Positions 9,194-19,699 of a stretch of DNA of 64,000 nt are shown piece by piece. The notes below the pieces were generated by a model that was given only the letters and a program-made list of their open reading frames with translations, did not search any database and had not been told where the DNA came from. A program made the position numbers and the translations under genes. Each line of letters opens with the position of its first letter. Position 1 is the stretch's first letter. This stretch comes from an uncultured delta proteobacterium (GTDB taxonomy: Bacteria; Desulfobacterota; Desulfuromonadia; Geobacterales; Pseudopelobacteraceae): positions 1 to 64,000 of the forward strand of contig CAVYYZ010000003.1 in NCBI GenBank assembly GCA_963772835.1, read 5' to 3'.

Positions 9194-10831
9194 GTGTATG
9201 TCTTACGCATGATCAAAGTGTTTCAAGGGTGCCTGGTGAGTAATTTTATTATTGCACTCATATTTGTGTGCCTGATTCCTGTCTGGGCGGATGCCGCTCC
9301 GGGTCAATCCGGTTCAAGCGGGTTGCTGTATGTTGCGTCTGCAGAAACTCTTGATGCCGGTAATATCTGTGTCGGTGCCTGGACATGCTATAGTCAGAAC
9401 AGCAGCCTGTCACAGAAAAGCGCACTGATCATGCCTGTCGCCATTACCATGGGTATCGGTACCTTCTGGGAAGTCTACGGGGCGTATCCCAATGTTTTCT
9501 TTAATGGTGATGATGACGCGTCAGGCAGGGGAACGCTGGACATGGGGACAAAACTCCGCTTTCTGGGCGGGCGTACCTCCGCTTTAAAGATGGCCGTCGA
9601 CCTTCTCGGTCAGCGCCATATGTCTGAAAGCAGAAAAATTGACGGTGTGACCGACCTGTCTGCCAAGCTGATTACGTCCTATACCAAAAATGATTTCGGT
9701 GTGCATGTTTCGGCCGGGTACCTGAAGCCGGGAGCCGTTTCCGGGGTAAGCCTGGAGTCGGAATATATTTTTGGTGCCGGCGTTGAGTTTATGGCTGTGT
9801 CGCGTTTAAAACTTCTCGCTGAAGTCACCGCCGGAACAAAACGGTATTACGTCGAAGATGACCGTGCGTGGGCCTCTCCCCGGATACTCTCGGGGAACAG
9901 TGTTGAGGCCTCTGTCGGCGCACAATATTATCTTAACCCTCATCTTACCCTGAATACGTCAATCGGAACCGGATTCGGTGCCAATGATGCCGATGTTAAA
10001 TTCCTTTTCGGCATCAGTTCCTGCCAGGGGGTCGGCTCGTATGTCAAGCCGATTCCGGCGGTCGGCAGGCGTGCTGCTGCGAAGGATAAAACCAGAGAAG
10101 CCCTGCAGCCGTTAAAGATAATTCCGATTTCCACCTTGCTGCTTAAGGCATCGGCTCCTCAAACTGCGCCTGTCAGCAAACTTGAAATCGAGGTTGAGCC
10201 GGACAGTGAAGACGTTATGATTAAGCCGTACGGCCAGATTGGCATTCCTCCGCAACAGACATCCTCAAACCTCACTTCTCCGGTTATCCCCGTGGGGATC
10301 CAGCAGAAAGCGGATGAAGAGATCGTACTTAAGATGGATGACCGTGAATCGAGTGCCATTGAATACACCCTGAAACGGATCAGCGGTATTTCACAGCTGT
10401 ACCGGGTTGATGCAAAAGGACCCCAGGCGCCACTCCCCCCCGATGTGATCCCGGAACGGATGACCGTCTACAGGAAATTCCTGTTTCCGGATGTTATTTT
10501 TGATTTTGATCAATGGTCATTGTCACCCCGCGGTAAAAAAATGCTTTCAGAGGTGGCTGATAAGATCAGAAAAGATACTAAGTGGCTGTATCTTAAAATA
10601 GACGGCCATACCGATGCCATCGGTTCCGAGTCGTACAATATGGAATTATCGTTAAAACGTGCTACCGCAGCAGCTGCGTACCTTATCAGTCATGAAGGCG
10701 TTAACTCTTCGAAAATTTTCATCGAGGGTCGCGGGCAGTCGACGCCGATTGCCGATAATAACACCGCTGCAGGACGCCGCAATAATCGCCGCACGGAAAT
10801 TCTGTTTCTTGTTGCCAAGGAAGCGCAGTAA
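9194..10831 (+). CDS. OmpA-family protein: N-terminal beta-barrel-like region, Pro-rich linker, C-terminal peptidoglycan-binding domain (start uncertain)
   Basis: Signal-peptide-like 'LIPVWADA'; IDGHTDAIGSESYNMELSLKRA; NNTAAGRRNNRRTEI. Confidence 0.85.
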   Translation: MYVLRMIKVFQGCLVSNFIIALIFVCLIPVWADAAPGQSGSSGLLYVASAETLDAGNICVGAWTCYSQNSSLSQKSALIMPVAITMGIGTFWEVYGAYPNVFFNGDDDASGRGTLDMGTKLRFLGGRTSALKMAVDLLGQRHMSESRKIDGVTDLSAKLITSYTKNDFGVHVSAGYLKPGAVSGVSLESEYIFGAGVEFMAVSRLKLLAEVTAGTKRYYVEDDRAWASPRILSGNSVEASVGAQYYLNPHLTLNTSIGTGFGANDADVKFLFGISSCQGVGSYVKPIPAVGRRAAAKDKTREALQPLKIIPISTLLLKASAPQTAPVSKLEIEVEPDSEDVMIKPYGQIGIPPQQTSSNLTSPVIPVGIQQKADEEIVLKMDDRESSAIEYTLKRISGISQLYRVDAKGPQAPLPPDVIPERMTVYRKFLFPDVIFDFDQWSLSPRGKKMLSEVADKIRKDTKWLYLKIDGHTDAIGSESYNMELSLKRATAAAAYLISHEGVNSSKIFIEGRGQSTPIADNNTAAGRRNNRRTEILFLVAKEAQ

Positions 10832-10832
10832 T

Positions 10833-11282
10833 ATGAAGTCTTACTTCTCTGTTAAGAGTCTCGTTTCAGGCCTTGCAGTTATTCTTATGTGCGGGTCTGC
10901 GCTGGCCGGTGACCTGAACCTGGATGTGGCAAAAACATTGGCCGTAGTCCCTGTTAAGAACGGAAATATTGATCGGAAAGTGTATCGTCAGTTTGACCGG
11001 CTTGTTCCGGAGTTGAAAAAAAACTCCAAAAAGAAGATATTCAAACTGGAATACCGTTACGCCGGAATGCCAGATCGGAACCAGGATGTTGAGGATGCCT
11101 ATACACGTGCCGCCCTCATAGAAAAATATTTACGGGTTCACCATAAACTCGATTTGGATCTCTGGATTGCAATCGATATTTTGCCTGCAACCGTAAAATT
11201 TTCTCCCGTTCTGACGATGGCTGTTTTTCCAGACGCCATCAGGAAGCTTGAAGCCGCGCCGGTAATTCCACCGGTGAATTAA
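10833..11282 (+). CDS. Exported hypothetical protein
   Basis: ATG 1 nt after the OmpA stop; signal peptide ending 'GSALA'. Confidence 0.7.
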   Translation: MKSYFSVKSLVSGLAVILMCGSALAGDLNLDVAKTLAVVPVKNGNIDRKVYRQFDRLVPELKKNSKKKIFKLEYRYAGMPDRNQDVEDAYTRAALIEKYLRVHHKLDLDLWIAIDILPATVKFSPVLTMAVFPDAIRKLEAAPVIPPVN

Positions 11283-11335
11283 CACCATCGATACGTATCC
11301 GTGATGTACCGGATACGAGAGGTGCGGAGGCAGTT

Positions 11336-11977
11336 ATGAAGCAGAATCTCATGTTGATGTCATTTGTAATGATGCTGCTTGCCGGCTGCTCTTCTGTAAA
11401 GGTACTGCCGGAACAGGTCGCCAACGGCCGTATAAATACGGTTGATAACTCCCAGACCATCACCTCGAACGGTATCGAGATGACGGCACGGGTTGATGAG
11501 ACTGGAATCAATTCGTACAACCTTGAAAGTACGGTTACGGCTTTTTTCATCAGTATCAAAAACAGCACCGACCGTGAGATATCTTTCGGAGATGATTCAT
11601 ATCTGCTCGTAGATGAAGGCGGATTGCAATACCAGTTGCTTACCCCGGAGAAAGTCCGCGCGATGCTTAAAAAGGATTCCTACTATCTGGTGCCGTATCC
11701 GTATGTGGGCTTTTACTATCTTGAGGACTACGAAAAAACAAACTCCTTCAACCGCTTCAATTCAGCACTCCCCTATTATTACGATCTGTATCCCCAGGAC
11801 ATTTTTACCAAAGCATTACAGGCGGTGACGATTATCCCGGGGATGAAAGCCGAAGGCCTGACGTATTTTAACATTGATCCTGCCGCTCATACGTCGCTGA
11901 AACTGATGGTCTTTCGTAAGGGCGCCTCAAAATCCTCTCCTCCGGACTTTTCTTTTCCCTTCAAAACTGTTAAATAA
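11336..11977 (+). CDS. Lipoprotein of unknown function
   Basis: Lipobox LLAGC; GGAGG RBS. Confidence 0.8.
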   Translation: MKQNLMLMSFVMMLLAGCSSVKVLPEQVANGRINTVDNSQTITSNGIEMTARVDETGINSYNLESTVTAFFISIKNSTDREISFGDDSYLLVDEGGLQYQLLTPEKVRAMLKKDSYYLVPYPYVGFYYLEDYEKTNSFNRFNSALPYYYDLYPQDIFTKALQAVTIIPGMKAEGLTYFNIDPAAHTSLKLMVFRKGASKSSPPDFSFPFKTVK

Positions 11978-12057
11978 CGTACAGTCACAAACCGGCTGCA
12001 CTCTCTTCCGCTGAGAAACGCGGGGCAGGGTGCAGTGCTGCAATCAAGGGATCCTGA

Positions 12058-12972
12058 ATGAATGATTATTGTGCCGCAATAGATTTCGGGACAAATACCG
12101 CCCGTTTGCTTATTGCGCAGCGTTCGCCGTCCGGAATTACTCCTATCCACGTCGAACGTGAGGTTGTGCGGCTTGGCGGCGGCTTTACCGACCTGGAGGG
12201 ACTGTCCGTTGCGGCATGCGAGCGCGGCCTGGCCTGTCTGCACAGATTCTCCGCTATTATCTCTGACTATGGTGTGAGACAGGTGAGAGCCTCCGCTACA
12301 AGCGCGGTTCGCGATGCCGTTAACGGGCGGGCGTTCGTCGAAAAAGTCTTTCAGGATACCGGCATTCAGCTCGTTGTCATAAATGGCGACGAGGAGGCCC
12401 GTCTGACGCTTACCGGTGTGCTGTCCGGCCTTGATTCCGCGGCCGGCACGCTCGCCATACTCGATGTCGGGGGAGGAAGTACCGAATTTACAATCTCTTC
12501 ACAGGGTGCCCCCCTGTTTATTAAAAGCATGCCGATCGGCGTCGTGCGTCTTACTGAGGGTTTTCCTGCGGCAGAAGACATGACTGAACGGGTGAGTAGT
12601 GTGGTTGACCAGCTTGAGAACGATCTGCACGCGGCGGGGATTTCCGTTTCCGGAGATTTCGAGCTGGTCGGTACGGCCGGTACAGCGACAACCATTGCAG
12701 CAATCAAGCTCGAAATGGTGAATTACGATTATCGCGCGGTGAATAACTGTATCGTGAGCAGGGAGGATATCGCCGGAATTTTTCAGACTCTGTCACAGAT
12801 GAATCCTCAGGAACGGCTGTCTGTCAAAGGCCTTGAAAAGGGGCGCGAAGATTTGATTATTGCCGGTCTGGTAATCACGTCTGCAATTATGGACAGGTTC
12901 GGCTTTGACCGGTTGAAGATCAGTGATTTCGGACTACTGGAAGGATTGGCGCTTTCCGGGGATGCATACTGA
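12058..12972 (+). CDS. ppx: Ppx/GppA family exopolyphosphatase (short form)
   Basis: AAIDFGTNT, ATSAVRDAVN, DVGGGSTE, GLLEG. Confidence 0.9.
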   Translation: MNDYCAAIDFGTNTARLLIAQRSPSGITPIHVEREVVRLGGGFTDLEGLSVAACERGLACLHRFSAIISDYGVRQVRASATSAVRDAVNGRAFVEKVFQDTGIQLVVINGDEEARLTLTGVLSGLDSAAGTLAILDVGGGSTEFTISSQGAPLFIKSMPIGVVRLTEGFPAAEDMTERVSSVVDQLENDLHAAGISVSGDFELVGTAGTATTIAAIKLEMVNYDYRAVNNCIVSREDIAGIFQTLSQMNPQERLSVKGLEKGREDLIIAGLVITSAIMDRFGFDRLKISDFGLLEGLALSGDAY

Positions 12973-13023
12973 CTCGAATGCAAAGACTCACCAGTTTAAA
13001 ATACGGGTACGCAGGGAGTTACG

Positions 13024-14508
13024 ATGCTTGATACACGTGGGTGCGGGGTGCTGCTGCATCCTACATCATTGCCGGGGGCGGGCGGTATCGGGACGCTGGG
13101 CAGTGATGCCCGTCGCTTTGTCGATCTGCTGGCGGAGATGGGGATGTCGTATTGGCAGGTTCTGCCACTCACGCCGCCGGCATGCGGCAACTCTCCCTAT
13201 TCTGCTTTTTCAGCTTTTGCAGGCAACCCGCTTCTGATCGATCTTGATCAATGTGCTGAAGATGGAGACAGCGCTGCGATCCATTGCGAAGGTGGTTCCA
13301 ATGAACATTGTGTCGATTTTGACGCGGTGTCTGCGCAAAAAATGAAACTGCTGGAGGGGGCGGGATCCGCCTTTCTGGCGGACGGCGATGCTTTACTTAA
13401 ACAGGATTTTTGGGATTTTTGCGACACGACCCCCTGGCTACATAACTACGCCCTATTTATGGCATTGAAGAAACGATATGGTGGCCGATCCTGGGATACA
13501 TGGCCGGCCGGGATGGCTCTCCTGACGCCTGAAAAATATGAATCGGCCTCTGTCTCGCTGGGTCCTGAAATAGGCGTTCAAAAATATATTCAGTGGCGGT
13601 TTTTCAGGCAGTGGCGTGATTTGCGAACATATGCCGCCGGCAAAGGAATCGCGATTATCGGTGATATCCCTATTTTTGTCGGCTACGATTCTGCAGATGT
13701 ATGGAGTCATCGGGAGCTTTTTCTTCTCGATAAAAAAGGCAAACCGACTGTTGTTGCAGGAGTCCCTCCCGATTATTTCAGTAAAACCGGACAGTTGTGG
13801 GGGAACCCTCTCTACGACTGGGAGGCGATGGGATCCCGGAACTACCGGTGGTGGATCGAGCGCTTTCAATCCATGTTTGAACTTTTTGATATCATCAGAG
13901 TCGATCATTTCAGGGGATTCGAAGCCGCCTGGCATGTGCCCGCAAGAGAAAAAACCGCTGTCAACGGCTCCTGGGTCACGGCCCCCGGATCTCTGCTGTT
14001 TGACGCACTCACCGCAGCCATCGGAAAGCTGCCGGTTATCGCCGAAGATCTTGGCTATATTACGCCGGAGGTCCTCGCCCTGCGTGATCGCTATGATTTT
14101 CCCGGAATGAAAATAGTGCAGTTTGCCTTTGATTCAGGAGCGTCCAATGCGTACCTGATCCATAACCACCAAAAAAATTCTGTGGTGTACTCCGGGACCC
14201 ATGATAATGATACCACGGTCGGCTGGTATCATTCACTGTCCGACCCTCAGCGGAAGCGGGTGGATCACTATGTCGGCGGTACAGGAGGGGACACGGTTGA
14301 GTGTCTTCTCCGTCTGGTTCTTATGTCTGTTGCAGATACTGCTATTATCCCCCTTCAGGATTTACTTGGATTGGGAAGTGAGGCACGCATGAATGTGCCG
14401 GGCACCGCCTTTGAAAACTGGGGGTGGCGATTTACCTGGGACATGATTCCACGCGATCTTGCCGGACGTGTCCGGGACCAGATAGAATGCTACGGCAGGC
14501 GCAATTAG
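13024..14508 (+). CDS. malQ: 4-alpha-glucanotransferase (GH77)
   Basis: GVLLHPTSLP, GVPPDYFSKTGQLWGNPLY, RVDHFRGF, AEDLG, GTHDNDT. Confidence 0.95.
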   Translation: MLDTRGCGVLLHPTSLPGAGGIGTLGSDARRFVDLLAEMGMSYWQVLPLTPPACGNSPYSAFSAFAGNPLLIDLDQCAEDGDSAAIHCEGGSNEHCVDFDAVSAQKMKLLEGAGSAFLADGDALLKQDFWDFCDTTPWLHNYALFMALKKRYGGRSWDTWPAGMALLTPEKYESASVSLGPEIGVQKYIQWRFFRQWRDLRTYAAGKGIAIIGDIPIFVGYDSADVWSHRELFLLDKKGKPTVVAGVPPDYFSKTGQLWGNPLYDWEAMGSRNYRWWIERFQSMFELFDIIRVDHFRGFEAAWHVPAREKTAVNGSWVTAPGSLLFDALTAAIGKLPVIAEDLGYITPEVLALRDRYDFPGMKIVQFAFDSGASNAYLIHNHQKNSVVYSGTHDNDTTVGWYHSLSDPQRKRVDHYVGGTGGDTVECLLRLVLMSVADTAIIPLQDLLGLGSEARMNVPGTAFENWGWRFTWDMIPRDLAGRVRDQIECYGRRN

Positions 14509-14539
14509 TACGGGTGCTAAATATCGGTCAGCAAATATC

Positions 14540-14567
14540 TTGACAATTCAGGCATATTCTCTATACT
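14540..14567 (+). promoter_or_regulatory. Sigma70-type promoter for the yceD-rpmF-fab block
   Basis: TTGACA-N16-TATACT. Confidence 0.7.
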
Positions 14568-14612
14568 GACTTGCTTTAAATTTATTGATGCCCTGACCCG
14601 CGGATGGTGTAC

Positions 14613-15155
14613 GTGAAAATCGTCGTTGACCACATAAAAGATGCACCGGTTTCACTTCATATTGATGAACCGGTCGCTACGTTTCCACTTCTTGCAGACA
14701 TGCAGGACGACAGGAGCTGCTGCATTTCCGGCAACATTCAGGGTGACATGACTGTTACCCGGGAATATGATGCCATTCGGGTGACAGGCCGGGTAACCGC
14801 GCCTCTGGCTCTTTCCTGTTCCCGGTGTCTCGCAGACTTCACCTCGTTTGTCGATACCAATTTCACCATTTTTTTCCGGAAAGCGGCCGCAGCCACCTCC
14901 CCGGTTGAAGATGAAGTGGAACTCGGTGAAATGGATCTGCTTTCTTCGACGTACTCCGGTGACGAGATTGATGTAACTCATGAGATTGAAGAGCAGATTG
15001 CGATGGAGATCCCGTTAAAGCCTCTCTGCAACGATGATTGCAGGGGGCTCTGCCATGAATGCGGCATCGATTTGAATACATCCGGCTGTTCATGCAGCAA
15101 AGACCCGGTAAGCCTGACATTCAGCGCACTGAAGAATTTTAAAGTAACAAGATAA
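14613..15155 (+). CDS. yceD: DUF177/YceD family protein
   Basis: CSRCL; PLKPLCNDDCRGLCHECG; position before rpmF. Confidence 0.9.
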   Translation: MKIVVDHIKDAPVSLHIDEPVATFPLLADMQDDRSCCISGNIQGDMTVTREYDAIRVTGRVTAPLALSCSRCLADFTSFVDTNFTIFFRKAAAATSPVEDEVELGEMDLLSSTYSGDEIDVTHEIEEQIAMEIPLKPLCNDDCRGLCHECGIDLNTSGCSCSKDPVSLTFSALKNFKVTR

Positions 15156-15203
15156 TTGAGCGGTGGCACGATAACGTGAATCACCAGAAAAAGGAGAAAC
15201 ACC

Positions 15204-15392
15204 ATGGCTGTACCCAAGAAAAAAACATCCAAATCCCGCAAGAATATGAGAAGGGCCCATGACTTTTTAACGACCCCGTCATTGTCAATCTGCCCTCAGT
15301 GTAAAGCAGCAAAGCTGCCGCATCGTACGTGTCTTGCCTGCGGAACTTACAAAGGTAAAGAGGTTATCGACCTTTCTTCAGCAAAAGCATAG
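15204..15392 (+). CDS. rpmF: 50S ribosomal protein L32 (Zn-ribbon type)
   Basis: [28 protein letters not shown]. Confidence 0.97.
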   Translation: MAVPKKKTSKSRKNMRRAHDFLTTPSLSICPQCKAAKLPHRTCLACGTYKGKEVIDLSSAKA

Positions 15393-15405
15393 GGGGGGAT
15401 CCCCT

Positions 15406-16461
15406 GTGTCACTTCCGAAACAGATGAGAGTGGCCGTTGACGCAATGGGGGGCGATAATGCGCCTGCCGTTGAAGTTGAGGGCGCTGTTGCCGCCTGCCG
15501 TGAATTCGGGCTGTCGGTGACACTTGTCGGTGATCGTGCGCGTCTGGAGGCTGAACTGTCCAAACACGCCGTCAGCGGACTTGATATTGATATCTTTCAT
15601 GCAAGTGAAGTTATCGGCATGCATGATTCCGCTTCCGATGCGGTGCGGAAGAAGCGTGACTCATCGGTCCGTCAGGCATTCGAGCTTGTCAAGGATGGTA
15701 AGGCGTGTGCCGCGCTCAGTGCCGGAAACTCCGGTGCAACCATGGCCTCCGGCATGTTTGTTCTGAAACGCATCAAGGGGATCGAGCGTCCGGCGATTGC
15801 CCAGCTGTTTCCTACCCTGAAAGGGCAGACGCTGGTTCTTGATATAGGCGGCAATGTCGATTGCAAGCCGCTCCATCTCGTCCAGTTTGCCATTATGGGG
15901 GAGGTGTATGCCCGGTATGCCATGGGAGTGCTCTCCCCGAAAGTTGGACTGCTGTCCAACGGCGAAGAGGCTTCAAAAGGGAATGAACTGACCAAGGAAA
16001 CGAATGCAATCCTGGATCAGACCTCACTTAATTATTGCGGATATATTGAGGGCCGGGATATTTTTGCCGGTGCTGTTGATGTCGTTGTGTGTGATGGTTT
16101 TGTCGGCAATATAGTATTAAAGCTTTCCGAGGGTCTTGCAGACGCCGCCGGCAGGATGCTGAAAAGAGAGATCGTCAAGAGTTGGGTCTCCAAAATAGGC
16201 TATCTGTTTGTGCGCGGCGCGTTCGACCGCTTCAAGAAGCTTGTCGACTATGCGGAATACGGTGGTGCTCCACTGCTTGGAATCAACGGTGTCGGCATGA
16301 TCTGCCATGGCGGCTCCAACGTCAAAGCGATTAAGAATGCAATCCGGTTCGCTCATGAGTACGCTAAAAACGGCGTTTCGGAGCATGTTGCCGAAAAACT
16401 GTCTGAAAATCATTCGGTATTGATACGAAGGGATAGTCAGCCGCCCCCCTCTGCAGAGTAA
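15406..16461 (+). CDS. plsX: Phosphate acyltransferase (start 15406 or 15424)
   Basis: [34 protein letters not shown]. Confidence 0.95.
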   Translation: MSLPKQMRVAVDAMGGDNAPAVEVEGAVAACREFGLSVTLVGDRARLEAELSKHAVSGLDIDIFHASEVIGMHDSASDAVRKKRDSSVRQAFELVKDGKACAALSAGNSGATMASGMFVLKRIKGIERPAIAQLFPTLKGQTLVLDIGGNVDCKPLHLVQFAIMGEVYARYAMGVLSPKVGLLSNGEEASKGNELTKETNAILDQTSLNYCGYIEGRDIFAGAVDVVVCDGFVGNIVLKLSEGLADAAGRMLKREIVKSWVSKIGYLFVRGAFDRFKKLVDYAEYGGAPLLGINGVGMICHGGSNVKAIKNAIRFAHEYAKNGVSEHVAEKLSENHSVLIRRDSQPPPSAE

Positions 16462-16474
16462 TGGAGATTCAATC

Positions 16475-17458
16475 GTGAATGTTAAAATTTCCGGAACAGG
16501 TTCTGCACTGCCTGAAAAAATCCTCACCAATGCAGAACTCGAGCAGTTAATAGACACCAGTGATGAATGGATCAGGACAAGAACCGGCATTACGGAGCGC
16601 CGGATTGCAGTCGAGGGGGAATATACCTCCACTTTTGCCGCCGAAGCCGGACGCCGTGCCCTTGCGATGGCCGGGGTACAGCCTGAAGAGCTGGATATGA
16701 TCATACTGAGTACGGTAACGCCTGATTTCCCTTTTCCCTCCACCGCCTGCATCGTACAGGACATGCTCGGAGCAACAAATGCTACCGCATTTGACCTTTC
16801 CGCGGCGTGTGCCGGCTTTATCTTCGGTTTGTCAGTCGCAGAAAAATATATCCGCTCGGGTGCCGCCAGAAAGATCCTCGTTATCGGAGCTGAAACGTTG
16901 TCCCGTATTGTCGATTGGCAGGACCGCAATACCTGTGTCCTGTTCGGGGACGGGGCTGGCGCGGTTGTTCTCGAAGCATCTGAGAGCACCGGCAACTCTC
17001 TTCTTTCCACCCATACATTCAGTAACGGTACCCATTGGAACCTTCTCTATCAACCGGGGAGCGGAAGTCGCAATCCGGCAACCGCCAGTCGTACAATCGA
17101 TGAACGGCTGCTGTACATAACCATGGAAGGAAATGAAGTCTTCAAACATGCCGTTCGCGCCATGGAAGAGGCCGCAGTAAAGGCTCTGGATGCCAACTCC
17201 CTGTCACCTTCGGACATTTCACTTCTGATACCCCATCAGGCTAACCAGCGTATTATTTCTGCAACTGCAAAGCGACTCGGGGTCGATTCCTCCCGGCTGT
17301 TCACCAATCTTCACCGCTATGGCAATACCTCTTCGGCATCAATTCCGATTGCACTCGATGAGGCGAACCGTCAGGGTATCCTCATCCCCGGCAGCAAGAT
17401 TCTACTGGTGGCTTTCGGCGGCGGTTTTGCCTATGGTTCCGCCCTTCTTGACTGGTAA
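16475..17458 (+). CDS. fabH: 3-oxoacyl-ACP synthase III
   Basis: DTSDEWIRTRTGI, AACAGF, PHQAN, GNTSSAS. Confidence 0.95.
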   Translation: MNVKISGTGSALPEKILTNAELEQLIDTSDEWIRTRTGITERRIAVEGEYTSTFAAEAGRRALAMAGVQPEELDMIILSTVTPDFPFPSTACIVQDMLGATNATAFDLSAACAGFIFGLSVAEKYIRSGAARKILVIGAETLSRIVDWQDRNTCVLFGDGAGAVVLEASESTGNSLLSTHTFSNGTHWNLLYQPGSGSRNPATASRTIDERLLYITMEGNEVFKHAVRAMEEAAVKALDANSLSPSDISLLIPHQANQRIISATAKRLGVDSSRLFTNLHRYGNTSSASIPIALDEANRQGILIPGSKILLVAFGGGFAYGSALLDW

Positions 17459-17496
17459 TTGCCGGTACACTATTTTCGTGAGACAAGGATATCTCT

Positions 17497-18423
17497 ATGT
17501 CTAAAACAGCTTTTATTTTTCCGGGTCAGGGTTCCCAGTATTCAGGTATGGGGAAGGAGCTGTCAGATACGTTTTCAGTTGCCCGCCATCTGTTCGAAGA
17601 GGCTGACGAAGCTCTCGGGTTAAAATTGTCTGCACTCTGTTTTTCGGGGAGTGATTCCGACCTCAAACTGACCGCCAACACACAGCCTGCAATTCTTGCC
17701 ACAAGTATTGCAGTCCTGAAAGTTGTCCAGCAGGAAACCGGAATTAGACCCGATTATGTTGCCGGTCACTCACTTGGCGAGTATTCGGCACTGGTCTGCT
17801 CCGGAGCACTCTCTTTTGCCGATGCGGTGAGAACTGTTCGTGCCCGGGGAACCTTTATGCAGGAAGCGGTTCCGGTCGGCACCGGATCAATGGCCGCCAT
17901 TCTTGGTGTTGAACCAGCCGTTCTTGAAGATATCTGCCGTGAAGCCGCAGATGGAGATGTTGTGTCACCTGCCAACTTTAATTCTCCCGGCCAGATTGTT
18001 ATCGCCGGTTCCGTTACAGCCGTTGCCCGTGCCATTGAAATTGCGAAGAGTCGCGGCTATAGAAAAGCTATGCTGCTTCCGGTCAGCGCCCCCTTTCATT
18101 GCGCCTTGATGAAGCCTGCTGCGGATCGACTGGCTCTGGTGCTTGATGCCCTCAGCTTCGGAGATATGGTTCATCCGGTCGTCAGCAATGTCGAGGCAGC
18201 TGCAAACAGTGACAAGAGAAGGCTTCGCGACCTGCTGGTCTCTCAGGTCTGTTCTCCGGTCCTCTGGGAACAGTCTGTTATCGCTATGGCTGAGCTGGAG
18301 GTAACGAGGTTCATCGAAATCGGGCCGGGCAAGGTTCTGTCCGGACTGGTAAAACGCATCACAAAGGATGTAACCATAGAAAATGTGGAGGATCCGGCCA
18401 CAGTGAAACTGCTGGCTGCCTGA
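17497..18423 (+). CDS. fabD: Malonyl-CoA:ACP transacylase
   Basis: FPGQGSQ, GHSLGEY, VSAPFHC. Confidence 0.95.
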   Translation: MSKTAFIFPGQGSQYSGMGKELSDTFSVARHLFEEADEALGLKLSALCFSGSDSDLKLTANTQPAILATSIAVLKVVQQETGIRPDYVAGHSLGEYSALVCSGALSFADAVRTVRARGTFMQEAVPVGTGSMAAILGVEPAVLEDICREAADGDVVSPANFNSPGQIVIAGSVTAVARAIEIAKSRGYRKAMLLPVSAPFHCALMKPAADRLALVLDALSFGDMVHPVVSNVEAAANSDKRRLRDLLVSQVCSPVLWEQSVIAMAELEVTRFIEIGPGKVLSGLVKRITKDVTIENVEDPATVKLLAA

Positions 18424-18501
18424 AAACCGCTGTCAGAGGGTGGTCTGAAGGCTGCAAGTGCTGATACATAAAAACAAACGTTTTGTACGAAAGGAGTAAC
18501 C

Positions 18502-19239
18502 ATGCCGAAAGGTAAAGTTGCAGTCATCACCGGAGCATCACGCGGAATCGGCAGAAGTATTGCGTTGGCGCTTGCTGCCAAAGGGGCCACTATCGTTGCC
18601 GTCGATATGGATCAGGTTTCTACCGATGCGGTTGTCGCCGAGTTGCAGGCTGCAGGGGGCACTGCGCTGGCTGTGGTCGGCAATGTGACCGTGACGGCAG
18701 ATGTTGAGCGCATGATTGATGCGGCGACCGGGGCTTTCGGACGTGTCGATATCCTGGTAAACAATGCAGGTATTACCCGTGACGGCCTCTTGATGCGAAT
18801 GAAGGATGAAGATTGGGATGCCGTTCTGAGCGTCAATCTCAAAGGCGCCTTTCTCTGTACCCGTGCCGTATTCAAGGTCATGAGCAAACAGCGCTACGGG
18901 CGCATCGTCAACATAGCCTCAGTTGTCGGCCAGATGGGCAATGCCGGTCAGGCCAACTACTGCGCCAGCAAGGCCGGACTGATCGGCCTTACCAAGTCGA
19001 ATGCCCGCGAGATGGCAAAACGGAGCATTACGGTTAACGCGGTTGCACCGGGCTTTATTGCAACTGCCATGACGGATGCACTTTCGGATAAGGTTCGCGA
19101 CGAGCTGACCGCCCAGATTCCTCTGGAACGTCTGGGAAGTGCCGACGATATTGCCAATGCGGTCGCTTTTCTGGCTTCAGAATCTTCAGGATACATAACC
19201 GGTCATGTGCTGTCGGTCAATGGCGGCATGTACATGTAA
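18502..19239 (+). CDS. fabG: 3-oxoacyl-ACP reductase
   Basis: TGASRGIG, NNAGITRD, YCASKAG. Confidence 0.96.
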   Translation: MPKGKVAVITGASRGIGRSIALALAAKGATIVAVDMDQVSTDAVVAELQAAGGTALAVVGNVTVTADVERMIDAATGAFGRVDILVNNAGITRDGLLMRMKDEDWDAVLSVNLKGAFLCTRAVFKVMSKQRYGRIVNIASVVGQMGNAGQANYCASKAGLIGLTKSNAREMAKRSITVNAVAPGFIATAMTDALSDKVRDELTAQIPLERLGSADDIANAVAFLASESSGYITGHVLSVNGGMYM

Positions 19240-19383
19240 CACAGTGATTTACGCCTGATGCCGGCAATGTGTCGGCAATATCTGGTCAAAATATCGATTG
19301 ACATTTGAAGATTTCATGCTTAATTAAGCACACAGCATTACACACGAAACCTGAAAAGGTTTAAAATCACACGGAGGTGAAAG

Positions 19384-19617
19384 ATGTCTGATATTGCAAA
19401 GCGGGTGAAGGAAATTGTTGCAGAGCAGCTTGGAGTTGAAGAATCCCAGGTTTTAACGGAATCTTCTTTTATGGATGATCTTGGAGCTGATTCTCTTGAC
19501 ACGGTTGAGTTGGTCATGGCTCTTGAAGAAGAGTTCGATATCGAAATTCCAGATGAAGATGCCGAGAAAATACAGACGGTGAATGACGCCATCGAATACA
19601 TTACCGAACACAGCTGA
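19384..19617 (+). CDS. acpP: Acyl carrier protein
   Basis: [20 protein letters not shown]. Confidence 0.98.
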   Translation: MSDIAKRVKEIVAEQLGVEESQVLTESSFMDDLGADSLDTVELVMALEEEFDIEIPDEDAEKIQTVNDAIEYITEHS

Positions 19618-19631
19618 TAAATCACAGCAGG

Positions 19632-19658
19632 GAGGGGGGCGCATGCCCCTCTTTTTTT
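19632..19658 (+). terminator. Hairpin plus U-tract after acpP
   Basis: GAGGGG...CCCCTC followed by T7. Confidence 0.7.
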
Positions 19659-19699
19659 ATTTGCATAACAGAAGTCACTGTTATATGGAGCTATTTATC

